Source: an uncultured Clostridia bacterium (GTDB taxonomy: Bacteria > Bacillota > Clostridia > Oscillospirales > Acutalibacteraceae). From it: a stretch of DNA of 64,000 bases. The stretch is taken from NCBI GenBank assembly GCA_947623175.1, contig CANQGK010000003.1, positions 9,667 to 73,666 of the forward strand. Reading direction: 5' to 3'. The notes under the pieces are model-generated. The model saw only the letters and a list, made by a program, of their open reading frames with translations, had not been told where the DNA came from and ran no database searches. The translations under genes were made by a program, and so were the position numbers. Position 1 is the stretch's first letter. Each line of letters opens with the position of its first letter. Below are positions 49,061 to 58,533 of the stretch, piece by piece.

Positions 49061-49771
49061 ATGCAAAGTCCTTACAAAGGAAAATTCAAAGTGACTCAAA
49101 CCTTCAAAGGCTCCGCCCACGACGGGCTTGACCTTGTGGGCTTGGAGTCAAAGGAAATCCATGCCACGGTAAACGGCGTCGTCGAGCGCGCCGGCTGGGA
49201 AAACGCATCGGATAAAAAACAGGGCTTCGGTCAATACGTGCGAATAAAGCAGGATAATTCGACCGACCGCTATTATTACGGGCATTTGTCCGAAATCAAG
49301 GTAAAAACGGGGCAAACGGTAAGAAGCGGCGACATTATAGGCATCGAAGGAAGCACCGGCTACTCGACAGGCTCACATTGCCACTACTGCGTAAGGGGAA
49401 ACGCTTCCAAAAACGAAATACGCGATATTAACACCATAAGCGGCATACCCAATAAGACAGGCACTTATGAAAATACTTACTATTACCTTGTTAAAAAGTC
49501 ATGGAAAGCAAATACCGTTCGCAAAACGGCGTATATATCGCAGGCGCGCATAGCGGCGCGCCGCTACGGTTACGTAATCTACGACGAGTACGGCAAAACG
49601 ATTTATTCCTACAGAGAAAGCGACAAGCCCTATTATTACGTCAAAAAATCCTGGAAAGGCGTTACCGTAAAAGCCACGTCCTATATAAGTCAGGCGCGCA
49701 TTACGGCAAAGCGGTACAAATACGTAATTTACGACCATACCGGCAAAACCGTTTATTCCTACCGAGAATAA
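49061..49771 (+). CDS. M23 family metallopeptidase with two C-terminal ~47-aa repeats
   Basis: HDGLDL...GQYVRIK...YYGHLSE...GSTGYSTGSHCHY is the LytM/M23 signature. Residues ~140-186 and ~190-236 are near-identical repeats (YYxVKKSWK..ISQARI.A.RY.YVIYD..GKT.YSYRE). Confidence 0.85.
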   Translation: MQSPYKGKFKVTQTFKGSAHDGLDLVGLESKEIHATVNGVVERAGWENASDKKQGFGQYVRIKQDNSTDRYYYGHLSEIKVKTGQTVRSGDIIGIEGSTGYSTGSHCHYCVRGNASKNEIRDINTISGIPNKTGTYENTYYYLVKKSWKANTVRKTAYISQARIAARRYGYVIYDEYGKTIYSYRESDKPYYYVKKSWKGVTVKATSYISQARITAKRYKYVIYDHTGKTVYSYRE

Positions 49772-49888
49772 ACTTATCCAAAGCTATTTGCGCAAGACGG
49801 GAACGGCGTAGTTATATGCCGATTTAAATTTTTGCCGTTTGAATTTTTTACCCGCTGCGCGATTTAAAACGGCGGAAAGGTGATTTAT

Positions 49889-50080
49889 ATGAAAAATTTT
49901 TTAAAACGATTTAAAAGCTGGGCGTTATGGCTTTCTATAGCGGCACTCGTGGTATTCTGCGTAAAAACCTTCACGGGCGTGGATATAGGCGATAAAGTGA
50001 ACGGTTTTCTGAACGTCCTGCTGCCGGTGCTCGTCGCTTTCGGTATAGTGAATAATCCTACCGATAAAAGCGCATTTTAA
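49889..50080 (+). CDS. holin-like small membrane protein (phi LC3-type)
   Basis: 63 aa from MKNFLKRFKSWALWLS, with two hydrophobic helices and a C-terminal GIVNNPTDKSAF. An AAAGGTG RBS is present. Confidence 0.6.
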   Translation: MKNFLKRFKSWALWLSIAALVVFCVKTFTGVDIGDKVNGFLNVLLPVLVAFGIVNNPTDKSAF

Positions 50081-50142
50081 AAAAAGAACCGGTTTTTACT
50101 TCTCTCGGCTTTGACTTTTTTGCTGTTTACCGGTCCTGTATA

Positions 50143-50171
50143 TTGACTTTTGGCGTTTAAAATATTATACT
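50143..50171 (+). promoter_or_regulatory. putative promoter of the LCP gene
   Basis: TTGACT, 17-nt spacer, TATACT. Confidence 0.45.
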
Positions 50172-50209
50172 GTAATTAACAGAAACGTTGAAACTTTGGA
50201 GAGAGCTTA

Positions 50210-51673
50210 ATGACACACAAGACCGAAAACCCTCGCACGCGCCCATTTATTGCAAAATGCATAGTTCCCGTTATCGCTTTGATTTTGACAATAGCTCTGA
50301 CTGTGCAGTTATTCGTATCAAAACTGATTCCGACGGCATACGTCATTGCGATTTGCGCCGTATTTCTGCTTTTTACCGCCCTCACCGCGATGCTTACCTT
50401 CCGCAAAAAGCGCGGCGCATTCTGGATCGGTATTATAATCGGCATTGATTTGAGCATTTTGCTTATAATTATAAATATCATGCTCCGGCATGGTCTTTCA
50501 ACACTTGACAAAGTGACCTCTCCCAAAACCGAACAGGTGAATATGACCGTTTACGTGCGCAAAGACGATCCGGCGCTCTCGCTTAAGGATACCCTAACCT
50601 ATAAATACGGTTCTTTGGAGTCGGCGGACGGCAACGTCAACGAGCTGTGCGTCAAGGAAATCGAAGCGCGAACGGGCGGTAAAATCTCCCCCAAGGATTA
50701 CGGCACGCCGATAAAGCTTATAGACTCGCTTTTGGAAAAGGAGACCGACGCGATTATTCTTAACGCGGCTTATATCGACGTTATAAGCGAGGCGGAGGGA
50801 TACGAAAATATCGCCGAACGCATCCGCGAGCTTGACCGAATTATTATAGACGTCGATATAATCTCCGAAAAACCGGCTAAAGAGCCGCAAAAGACAAGCA
50901 ACGCCTTTACGGTATTTATAAGCGGTATCGACAGTCGGACGGGGCTTATAACCCGAAGCCGCAGCGACGTGAATATCATCGCCGCGATAAATCCGGATAC
51001 GCGCCGGATACTCTTGGTATCCACTCCGCGCGATTATTTCGTACCTCTCTCGATATCGAACGGCGTAAGGGATAAGCTTACTCACGCCGGCATATACGGC
51101 GTTCGGGTTTCGATGGATACGCTGTCAATGCTCTATGATATACCGATAGATTACTATTTCAGGCTTGATTTTACCGGCTTTAAAAACATTATAGATAATC
51201 TCGGCGGGGTTACCGTCTATTCGGATTACGAATTTGATTCCGTCTATCACTTTGAAAAGGGCGAAAATCTTTTGGACGGTGAAAAGGCGTTGTGCTTTGT
51301 CCGCGAAAGGCATTCCTTTGCGTCGGGAGACCACCAGCGCGGCAAAAATCAAATGGCGCTTATCAGCGCAGTTATCAAAAAGGCGCAGTCCAAAGAGGTT
51401 CTCACAAACTATATACCCTTGATGAAATCCATAGAGGGCAGCTTTGAAACCTCGGTACCGTACGATATGGTGGCCTCGCTTGTCCGCACCGCGCTGAAGG
51501 CGGACAGCGGCTGGAACACGGAAACCTACAGCGTATCCGGCAAAGGCGACAGTCAGGTGACCTGGTCGCAAGGCGTTCGCGCCTACGTGATCTGGCCCGA
51601 CCAAGATAAAGTAAACACCGCAAAGGAGCTCTTAACCGACGTCATCTCCGGCAAACCCGCAAAAGCGCCGTAA
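50210..51673 (+). CDS. LCP (LytR-CpsA-Psr) family protein
   Basis: 487 aa with N-terminal TM helices and an LCP core (FISGIDSR...RSDVNIIAAINPDTRRILLVSTPRDYFV...LTHAGIYG...RERH). Confidence 0.85.
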   Translation: MTHKTENPRTRPFIAKCIVPVIALILTIALTVQLFVSKLIPTAYVIAICAVFLLFTALTAMLTFRKKRGAFWIGIIIGIDLSILLIIINIMLRHGLSTLDKVTSPKTEQVNMTVYVRKDDPALSLKDTLTYKYGSLESADGNVNELCVKEIEARTGGKISPKDYGTPIKLIDSLLEKETDAIILNAAYIDVISEAEGYENIAERIRELDRIIIDVDIISEKPAKEPQKTSNAFTVFISGIDSRTGLITRSRSDVNIIAAINPDTRRILLVSTPRDYFVPLSISNGVRDKLTHAGIYGVRVSMDTLSMLYDIPIDYYFRLDFTGFKNIIDNLGGVTVYSDYEFDSVYHFEKGENLLDGEKALCFVRERHSFASGDHQRGKNQMALISAVIKKAQSKEVLTNYIPLMKSIEGSFETSVPYDMVASLVRTALKADSGWNTETYSVSGKGDSQVTWSQGVRAYVIWPDQDKVNTAKELLTDVISGKPAKAP

Positions 51674-51723
51674 CTTAAATTCCAAAAAGACAGGTCGCTG
51701 TAAAAACAGCCTAAAAAGGAAAC

Positions 51724-51760
51724 GACCGGCTTTCATCCGTTTTTAGATGAGAGCCGGTCT
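51724..51760. terminator. hairpin terminator between convergent genes
   Basis: gaccggctttcatc-N8-gatgagagccggtc. Confidence 0.55.
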
Positions 51761-51823
51761 TGTGATTATTTGATTATTATAAACGGTTTGCAGACGGAAA
51801 TTTATGCCGCAGAAAACCACGGT

Positions 51824-52571
51824 TCAGCGAAATCCCAAGCTTTGAAGTCGAGCATAGCTGCGGCGCAGGCAGTCGAAGGGATCCTCGCCGTTGCAATCGT
51901 CCTGCTCGACTAACATATAACGGGTGCCCGCCTGCTCGGCTTTTTGGAATATCCGGTCAAAATTGATATTCCCCTCGCCGATTACCGCCATTTTGCGGCC
52001 GTAGGCATAATCCTTCAAATGGATGCATGGAACCCGCCCGGAGAGCAGTTCGAGATACTGCGCTGGATCGCCGCCGCCCGCCTGCACCCAGAAGGTATCG
52101 AGCGTGAAGCCCAAGTCCTCGGGGGGCGAAATCCTCCGCCAATTTTTGCAAAACAGTCTTGCCGGCAATTTTTCGGAACTCTTGGTCGTGGTTGTGATAC
52201 ATGAAATATTTGCCGCCCTGCCGAAGCGCCTCGGCGACCGGTTTGTAGGTTTCCGAAAAAGCGTCGTATCGTTCGACGCTGTCGTCGAAGGGGTAAAAGC
52301 CGAGACCTACGTAATCACAGCCGAAGAGATCATGATTGCGGATCACCCGATCTGTGTCGTTTTGCAAATCGTCGGCGGGAATATGTGTGAGAACGCACCG
52401 CAGTCCGTTTTTTTGAAGCTGTGTCCTAAGCCATTCGGCGTCATAAGCGCAGGTGCCGGAGACCTGTACACAGCGATAACCGATGTCGGCAATTTTTTTA
52501 AGCGTTTCGGACAGTCCGTCCAAATCCCGACAAAATTCCCGCACGGTGAACATTTGCGCTCCGATTTCCAT
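51824..52571 (-). pseudogene. sugar phosphate isomerase/epimerase (xylose-isomerase-like TIM barrel), frameshifted
   Basis: Two overlapping ORFs (51957-52571 and 51824-52168) lie in different frames. Removing one C from the C6 run (G6 on plus, 52121-52126) joins ...KLAEDFAP to EDLGFTLDTFWVQAGGG..., giving one protein of about 249 aa. Confidence 0.75.
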
Positions 52572-52574
52572 AAT

Positions 52575-53429
52575 TCATCCTCCGATAGATTGCAATATTT
52601 TTTTAAGCGCGCCGCAGGCGTAATCAAACGCCTCGTCCGCCGACAAAAAGCGATACTTTTCAATACCTCCGGTACTGCCCGCGCGTTCCAACTCGGCAAA
52701 ACCGTCAAAATACGCAAGGTGCGGCTCCACGGTAAGCACCGTTCCGCCCTGCGCCAAAAAAGCTCCTATAATATCCGGCAAAGCGCCGTCGCCCTCACCG
52801 GCGGGAACAACGCTGCCGTCGCGCTTGGCATCCTTGATATGCATATAGCGGATAAAACCGCGCAGCTGTTCCCACGCCGCCGCAGGCTCCACACCGCACT
52901 GAACAAAGTTTGCGGGATCGAAAACCCCTTTAAGCGCCGGCAAAGCCCGAAACAGGTGCAGACAGCGCTCCGGCGTGTCGCCGTAAATTTCCTTTTCGTT
53001 TTCGTGACAGAGGGTTACGCCGCTGTCCTTTGCGATTTCCGTGAATTTGCCGAGTCGGTCGATAACCTCGTTACGGTAATTTTCCGCCGGCTCGTTCTGC
53101 GGGATATAAAAGGAAAACAGGCGGATGTTTTCGGCGTCCAAAAGCCTCGCCGTATCAAGCGTGCGCTTGAATTTTTCCAAATGCGGCGCAAAGTCATCGT
53201 CGATCCGGATTTTTCCGATAGGCGAACCTATCGAGCGGACACAAAGACCGTTTTCGTCAAGCTTTTTCCGAATTTCCCTCACCTTTTCGGGCGCTATATC
53301 GGAAATATTTTCCCCGTCGACTCCGCGGATTTCGAGCCCGTCCAGACCGTTTCGCCGCATAGCGGCGATCTGTCCGTCAAGCTTCGCACTCGCCTCGTCC
53401 GCAAAGGCGTAAAGACTTACATTATACAT
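52575..53429 (-). CDS. sugar phosphate isomerase/epimerase (TIM barrel)
   Basis: 284 aa, with LEIRGVDG, LCHENE and HIKD-type motifs of the AP endonuclease 2/xylose isomerase-like fold. Confidence 0.8.
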   Translation of the reverse strand: MYNVSLYAFADEASAKLDGQIAAMRRNGLDGLEIRGVDGENISDIAPEKVREIRKKLDENGLCVRSIGSPIGKIRIDDDFAPHLEKFKRTLDTARLLDAENIRLFSFYIPQNEPAENYRNEVIDRLGKFTEIAKDSGVTLCHENEKEIYGDTPERCLHLFRALPALKGVFDPANFVQCGVEPAAAWEQLRGFIRYMHIKDAKRDGSVVPAGEGDGALPDIIGAFLAQGGTVLTVEPHLAYFDGFAELERAGSTGGIEKYRFLSADEAFDYACGALKKILQSIGG

Positions 53430-53534
53430 TTTTTTACCTCCTGATAGGCGGAAAACCCGCCAAACGGCGAAACTACGCCGATAAATTCCGTATTAAACAT
53501 AATTTTAACATGCCGAATTGCCGATTTGACGGTT

Positions 53535-54713
53535 CTACCAATTGACCTTCCAGCGCGCCGTGTAATTGCCGTCGCTTTGGCTCGTCCGACTCTCTGCGGG
53601 TTTGGCTTTGGATTTTGCCGCGCGTTCCGCCAGCATTTGATCAAATTCACGGCTGTCAAAGGGCAGTTTTATCGGAATATTCCCCTTCCAAGCCGACAGA
53701 TACGCCGCATTTGAAATGGTCAATTCTCTAATGCCCTCGACTCCGGGCGCTATCAGCGGCGCGCCTCTCAAAATCGCGTCGGCGAAGTTGCGCAGAATGC
53801 CGTTGTGCGCGCTCCCGCCGTTTTCCGGCGTAAATTCCTCATATGCCGTAGGTATTTGCGGAGATGATTCGGCGGAATTAAAGCAGACCTCGCGCTCGTC
53901 CTGCGCTAAAGCGTAAGATTTAAGCGTTCCGTTTTCCAAAACAAGCTTGCCTCGCGTGCCGGAAATTTCCAACCTGTTCGTGCCGGGATATTCGCCGGTG
54001 GAGGTCAAAAAGGTTCCCGTGGCGCCGTTTTCATATTTTGCAAAGAGCGAAACGTCGTCCTCCACCTCGATATTGTGATATTTCGCTGTGTCGAGGTACG
54101 CCGTGATCTCCTGCGGCATGCCGCAGATCCATTGCCACAGATCCAGATTGTGCGGCGCCTGATTAAGAAGCACGCCGCCGCCCTCGCCCGCCCATGTAGC
54201 GCGCCAATCGGCGGAATCGTAATACTTCTGCGTACGGTACCAATTCGTAACAATCCAAACACTGCGCTTAAGCTGTCCGAGCTCGCCGCTTTTTACAAGC
54301 TCCCGCGCGCGTATAAACAGCGGGTCGGTACGCTGATTGAACATAATGGCAAATACCAAATTTCGCATATTTGCAAAGGCGTTAAGCTCAGCCGCCTTGG
54401 TGACGGTAACGTCGATCGGCTTTTCGACAAGTACATGCCGCCCCGATTTCAGCACATCCAGCGCAATGTCGCAATGCAGTCGGTGCGGAACCGCGACTAT
54501 TACCGCGTCGAGCGGCGCCGACGTCAGCATTTGCCTGTAATCGGAAAAAACGGGAACCTTCGGGAAAGCGGCTTTACAGCGCTCGACGCGCTCCGGCGCA
54601 ATATCGCAAAGCGCGGCAAGCCGTAAATCCCCCGCCGTGCCGGTGAAAATGCTTTTCGCATGGGCGTAACCGATGTTTCCAACGCCTATAATACCGGTTT
54701 TTACCTTGTCCAT
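53535..54713 (-). CDS. Gfo/Idh/MocA family oxidoreductase
   Basis: MDKVKTGIIGVGNIG is the Rossmann motif, followed by EKP and GGGVLLNQAPHNLD. Start set after a GGAGGG RBS; the tracked ORF extends to 54764. Confidence 0.85.
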   Translation of the reverse strand: MDKVKTGIIGVGNIGYAHAKSIFTGTAGDLRLAALCDIAPERVERCKAAFPKVPVFSDYRQMLTSAPLDAVIVAVPHRLHCDIALDVLKSGRHVLVEKPIDVTVTKAAELNAFANMRNLVFAIMFNQRTDPLFIRARELVKSGELGQLKRSVWIVTNWYRTQKYYDSADWRATWAGEGGGVLLNQAPHNLDLWQWICGMPQEITAYLDTAKYHNIEVEDDVSLFAKYENGATGTFLTSTGEYPGTNRLEISGTRGKLVLENGTLKSYALAQDEREVCFNSAESSPQIPTAYEEFTPENGGSAHNGILRNFADAILRGAPLIAPGVEGIRELTISNAAYLSAWKGNIPIKLPFDSREFDQMLAERAAKSKAKPAESRTSQSDGNYTARWKVNW

Positions 54714-54726
54714 ACCGATCCCTCCG

Positions 54727-55902
54727 TTATTTTTGACCGGTATAGGATCCGTTTGTATCGGCAAAAACGGCTTTTACGTCGGTTTTTCTGCGGGAGGTCG
54801 CCACGCGTTTTTGCAGTTCCTCGTAGTAGAGATCCTCGTCAAACGGAATTTCCACCGCTCTGCCGAGGAAGGAGGACAAATGCATAGCATTTGAAAGCGT
54901 AAGGCCGTTAATGCCCTCACTGCCGTCGGCTATAAGCTCGCCGCCGCGCAAAATGGCGTTTCCCCAGGCGTTGAGCACGTCGACGTGCTGGAGGTTATCA
55001 CCGTCGGTTTCTACAACACTGCGGGTGCTTTTGACCGTATCGAAGGGACCTTTATTTGTCTTGGAAAAGACCGGCTCGGGCATTTCGTATTCCTCAAGAA
55101 GGAGCTTGCCGTCCTCGACAACGATTTTGGCGCGATCCATCTGAATTTCAAAGCGGTTGGTGCCGTGAGCGTCGCCGGTAGTGGTGACAAAGACGCCGGT
55201 AGCGCCGTTTTCGTATTCCACATAGGCGGTGACGTCGTCCTCCACCTCGATGTCATGCCATTTACCGTAGTGCAGATGCGCCTCAACACGCACCGGCATA
55301 CCGCAGATCCATTGCCACAGGTCAAGCTGGTGGGGGCATTGATTGAGGAGAACGCCTCCTCCCTCGCCCGCCCATGTGGCGCGCCAGCTTCCCGAATCGT
55401 AATATGCCTGAGGGCGGTACCAATTGGTGATGATCCAATTTGTGCGGCGAATTTGCCCGTAATCACCCGAATCCACAAGCTCCTTAAGCTTGCGGTAAAT
55501 GCGGTTTGTGCGCTGGTTGAACATCACTCCGAAAACTATGTCGGGGTGCGCCGCCGCGACTTCGTTCATCTCGCGTACCTGTCGAGTGTAGACGCCGGCG
55601 GGCTTTTCCACCATAACATGAATACCCCGCTCAATGCAGGCAACGGCGTATTTCGGATGGTCATAGTGCGGAACGGCGACAATACAGGCGTCAAGCAAGC
55701 CGCTGTCCAGCATTTGCATCGCATCGTCGAAGTAAGCGGGCTGTGCGCCGCCCTCCTGCCCGCGCAGCCAATTAAGACGCTCCGGATTTATATCGGCAAC
55801 CGCGGCAAGCGTCAAATCGGGGCATTTCCCGCTCAAAATATTTACCGCATGCGCGGAGCCCATATTGCCTATGCCGATAATTCCTACCTTAATTTTATTC
55901 AT
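54727..55902 (-). CDS. Gfo/Idh/MocA family oxidoreductase (paralog of the previous gene)
   Basis: MNKIKVGIIGIGNMG, EKP and GGGVLLNQCPHQLD. It is clearly paralogous to 53535-54713. Confidence 0.85.
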   Translation of the reverse strand: MNKIKVGIIGIGNMGSAHAVNILSGKCPDLTLAAVADINPERLNWLRGQEGGAQPAYFDDAMQMLDSGLLDACIVAVPHYDHPKYAVACIERGIHVMVEKPAGVYTRQVREMNEVAAAHPDIVFGVMFNQRTNRIYRKLKELVDSGDYGQIRRTNWIITNWYRPQAYYDSGSWRATWAGEGGGVLLNQCPHQLDLWQWICGMPVRVEAHLHYGKWHDIEVEDDVTAYVEYENGATGVFVTTTGDAHGTNRFEIQMDRAKIVVEDGKLLLEEYEMPEPVFSKTNKGPFDTVKSTRSVVETDGDNLQHVDVLNAWGNAILRGGELIADGSEGINGLTLSNAMHLSSFLGRAVEIPFDEDLYYEELQKRVATSRRKTDVKAVFADTNGSYTGQK

Positions 55903-56037
55903 ATAAAAACCTCCTCGGTATTTGTTGACTGTTTTATTGTATTATAGCAGGTTCTATATATGTAATGCAATTGTTTATCGTATGCAAAAACATTGCAAAT
56001 CGTACCCGATAATACGAAAATTTATCTGTCTGCACCA

Positions 56038-56068
56038 AAAAAAGCGGCGCCTCACAGCGTCGCTTTTT
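56038..56068. terminator. hairpin terminator downstream of the pilus/sortase operon
   Basis: aaaaaagcggcgcc-tcaca-gcgtcgcttttt (imperfect stem). Confidence 0.5.
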
Positions 56069-56113
56069 GCTTTTATCGCAAAATATAAATCAACTTCTTC
56101 GTTTTCGTTTGTT

Positions 56114-56710
56114 TTATTGCGGGTTATCCTGTTCGCGAACCTGTCTACAGCGCACGGTAACGCGCGTTCGTCCGCCGATCGTGCAGGAGAAGAGAGTCAG
56201 ATCCCAATCGTCGCTTTTCATTTCCGCCACGGCGGTCGGTGCGAGAATTTCCACTTTTGCAACCTCATACAAAAATACGTTTCCCGCAACGTCGGTGAAG
56301 CTTACGCTATCGCCCGGCTCTAAATTTTTAAGCCTGCCGAAATGCGAGGTATAATTGTGCGCGCAAAGCACAAAACCGGGGCGATATGCCGTTCCGGAAT
56401 ATCGGCATGGGGCAATTCTCATCCGCGTATAATCCCAGGTATCCATTACCGGCAGTTTAAGCTCCAAAGTCGGGATGCTCACCTTTCCGATATACAAATA
56501 CCCGTCGATTTCCTCGGTGGGCATTTCCATATCGGGATTTAAAATATAATCGGGCAAAGCCTCATTCGAGCGCATCTGCGTAAGCACCTCGCCTGCCGAT
56601 TTCCCCGCCCGTCGGTCATCCCAAAGGTTATAGCCGGAAAGCGCGATGGCGCCTATCAGAAGGAGGCAGCCGACAGTTATAAGCGCCGCCGCACCTTTCC
56701 GCCTATGCAT
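56114..56710 (-). CDS. sortase (small, housekeeping-like; class not assigned)
   Basis: 198 aa with an N-terminal TM helix, His in LCAHNY, the catalytic TLFSCT, and Arg in RVTVRC. Confidence 0.8.
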   Translation of the reverse strand: MHRRKGAAALITVGCLLLIGAIALSGYNLWDDRRAGKSAGEVLTQMRSNEALPDYILNPDMEMPTEEIDGYLYIGKVSIPTLELKLPVMDTWDYTRMRIAPCRYSGTAYRPGFVLCAHNYTSHFGRLKNLEPGDSVSFTDVAGNVFLYEVAKVEILAPTAVAEMKSDDWDLTLFSCTIGGRTRVTVRCRQVREQDNPQ

Positions 56711-57629
56711 CGGAGCCGTCCTTGCCCCTAAGCAGGAGTAAAATTCCGAAAAAGAGCGATACCGCGCCCGCTAAGGCAAGCACCGGCACCGGCCACCAGA
56801 GCATTCCCGTCTGCGGAAGCTTCGGCTCGTCCGGCGACGGCGGGGGCGGATTGTCGTTGGTATTGGTTAAGGTAAAAACCGACTTCTGCCTGGTGACCTG
56901 AACCGTATAATCCTCAGGCACCTGTTTTTCGATAAGCTGCCAATCGTATACGGCGTCTAAGTTTTCCCAGGTATAAGACCAGCCGTTTGCCGCGTTAAGC
57001 TTTTGTTCGTCGTAGATTTTTCCGTCGCAAAGCAATTGCACGGTGACCTCCCGAGGGCGATCGGCTTCATTGCCCTTGTCTTTCCAGATTTTCAAGGCAC
57101 TGCGGGTAAGGGTTTTCTCGGTAAGCTTGCGGGATTCGTACTTAGGCTCGGTTACCACCTCATAGTCCTTTTCGCCGCTTGCCGTGGTATAAGGCATATT
57201 TACGAGCATCGGCTGAGGAAATAACCGCGCGTCGCCCGATTCTACGGAGCTTCCCACCAGCAGGTAAAGCCCGTCGGAAAGCCCTTCAAAACGCAATTCC
57301 CCGTTTTCGTCCGTACTGCCCGCGGCTAAAGGCGCAATTTCATCTCTTGCCGCATATGCCGAAAGTGTGGAAGCGATGGCTTTCCATTCGTCGCTGTTCG
57401 GATCCTCCGTCGTTTTCACGGGGTAATCGGAAAATGCGCCCGTAAGCTTATAGGCACTGCCGTTCCATTCTGCCGCTTTGTATATGCGAAAAGAAGCCTC
57501 GGCAACAGGCAATCCCTTATGCTCGAACAAAACGGTGATCGAACCCGTTTCGGCGGCAAAAACCGGCAGCGAGGCTAAGGCAAAAAACAATATGCAAAAT
57601 ACAATCGGCAAAATGCGTTTTTTCATCAA
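56703..57629 (-). CDS. LPXTG-anchored minor (base-type) pilin
   Basis: 308 aa with a signal peptide, Cna-B-like repeats, a Pro-rich stalk, then LPQTG, a hydrophobic helix and a charged tail. Confidence 0.8.
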   Translation of the reverse strand: MMKKRILPIVFCILFFALASLPVFAAETGSITVLFEHKGLPVAEASFRIYKAAEWNGSAYKLTGAFSDYPVKTTEDPNSDEWKAIASTLSAYAARDEIAPLAAGSTDENGELRFEGLSDGLYLLVGSSVESGDARLFPQPMLVNMPYTTASGEKDYEVVTEPKYESRKLTEKTLTRSALKIWKDKGNEADRPREVTVQLLCDGKIYDEQKLNAANGWSYTWENLDAVYDWQLIEKQVPEDYTVQVTRQKSVFTLTNTNDNPPPPSPDEPKLPQTGMLWWPVPVLALAGAVSLFFGILLLLRGKDGSDA

Positions 57630-57650
57630 TTGTTTTCCTCCTTGCGCTGC

Positions 57651-58526
57651 TTAGTCGGGCTTTTTCCCTCTTTTTATGTGTTTGCGTATTAAAATAACGG
57701 CTGCAACGATTCCCGCGAACAAAACCGCCGGCAGGAATACAAACCACCGGTTCCACTTGGACGTGACGGCACGCACTATGGAAGTCTCATCCGATTTTTG
57801 CGCGGCGGGCGTTTCGATGCGGCGGCCGGTAACAACCAGCCTGTGAGTGTTGATGCCGTACGGCGTGCAGGTCATAAGCGTGCAAAGCTCCTGTCCTTCC
57901 TCGATCCGCAGATTTTTAAGCTCATCCGGCGCCATACGCTGCATTTTCTCCACCCGATAGGTAAGGGTTTCGTTCAAAACGTGCAGTGAAAAGGTATCCC
58001 CGATCTCAAGCTGATCAAGGTCGGTGAACAATCTCGCGGAGGGCAGACCGCTGTGCCCCGCAAGAACGGTATGCACGCTTTTCCCGGGTACGGGAAGGCT
58101 CGACGCTTCCAGATGTCCTACACCGGTTTGCAGGACGGTTTCCGCGGTGCCGTGGTAAATTGCCAAATATATTTTTGCCTTTGGAATCTCGATATATCCC
58201 ATAATGCCCGTGCCGTCAATGTCAAGCCGAGTCTTGTATTCCGCCCGTTTTTCCGCGGTAAGCTCGGTAATATAGGGCGTCTTAAGGGCAAGCTCTTCGT
58301 TGTACAAGCCTGCCGCGTCTAAAATTTCATTATATTTTTCATCGTCGAGGCGGTTCACCTTTTTTTGGTAATCCGATATAATTTCATGGTTTACGGAGTC
58401 GTTGATTTTATCCGCTACCGTCGGATAGAGCAAAAGCGCAAGACCTGCAAGCATCAACAAAGAAACAACCGCCGCGGAAAGAATTTGAGATGATTTTTTT
58501 GTCTTTTTGTCCTTTTGCTTTTTCAT
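57651..58526 (-). CDS. class C (pilus-polymerising) sortase
   Basis: 291 aa with LAGHSG, TLMTCTPYGINTHRLVVTG and a C-terminal TM anchor. Confidence 0.9.
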   Translation of the reverse strand: MKKQKDKKTKKSSQILSAAVVSLLMLAGLALLLYPTVADKINDSVNHEIISDYQKKVNRLDDEKYNEILDAAGLYNEELALKTPYITELTAEKRAEYKTRLDIDGTGIMGYIEIPKAKIYLAIYHGTAETVLQTGVGHLEASSLPVPGKSVHTVLAGHSGLPSARLFTDLDQLEIGDTFSLHVLNETLTYRVEKMQRMAPDELKNLRIEEGQELCTLMTCTPYGINTHRLVVTGRRIETPAAQKSDETSIVRAVTSKWNRWFVFLPAVLFAGIVAAVILIRKHIKRGKKPD

Positions 58527-58533
58527 AAATCTT

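Noticed and set aside
49061-50080. The M23 peptidase plus holin being a prophage lysis cassette marking a prophage.
   Set aside because: No phage structural, replication or integrase genes flank it within the window. The neighbours are CotF, a sigma factor and an LCP gene. A prophage is therefore not called. A domesticated or bacteriocin-like cassette remains the working hypothesis.
52023-53444. A long plus-strand ORF (473 aa) spanning the isomerase genes.
   Set aside because: It lies antisense to two well-supported minus-strand TIM-barrel genes. Its translation is low-complexity and Arg/Phe/Val-rich with no recognisable motifs. It is a typical shadow ORF in GC-rich coding DNA.
54985-55947. 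A 320-aa plus-strand ORF and a 183-aa ORF (54075-54626) opposite the Gfo/Idh/MocA genes.
   Set aside because: Both are antisense shadows of clearly homologous oxidoreductase genes. They have no RBS and no family resemblance.
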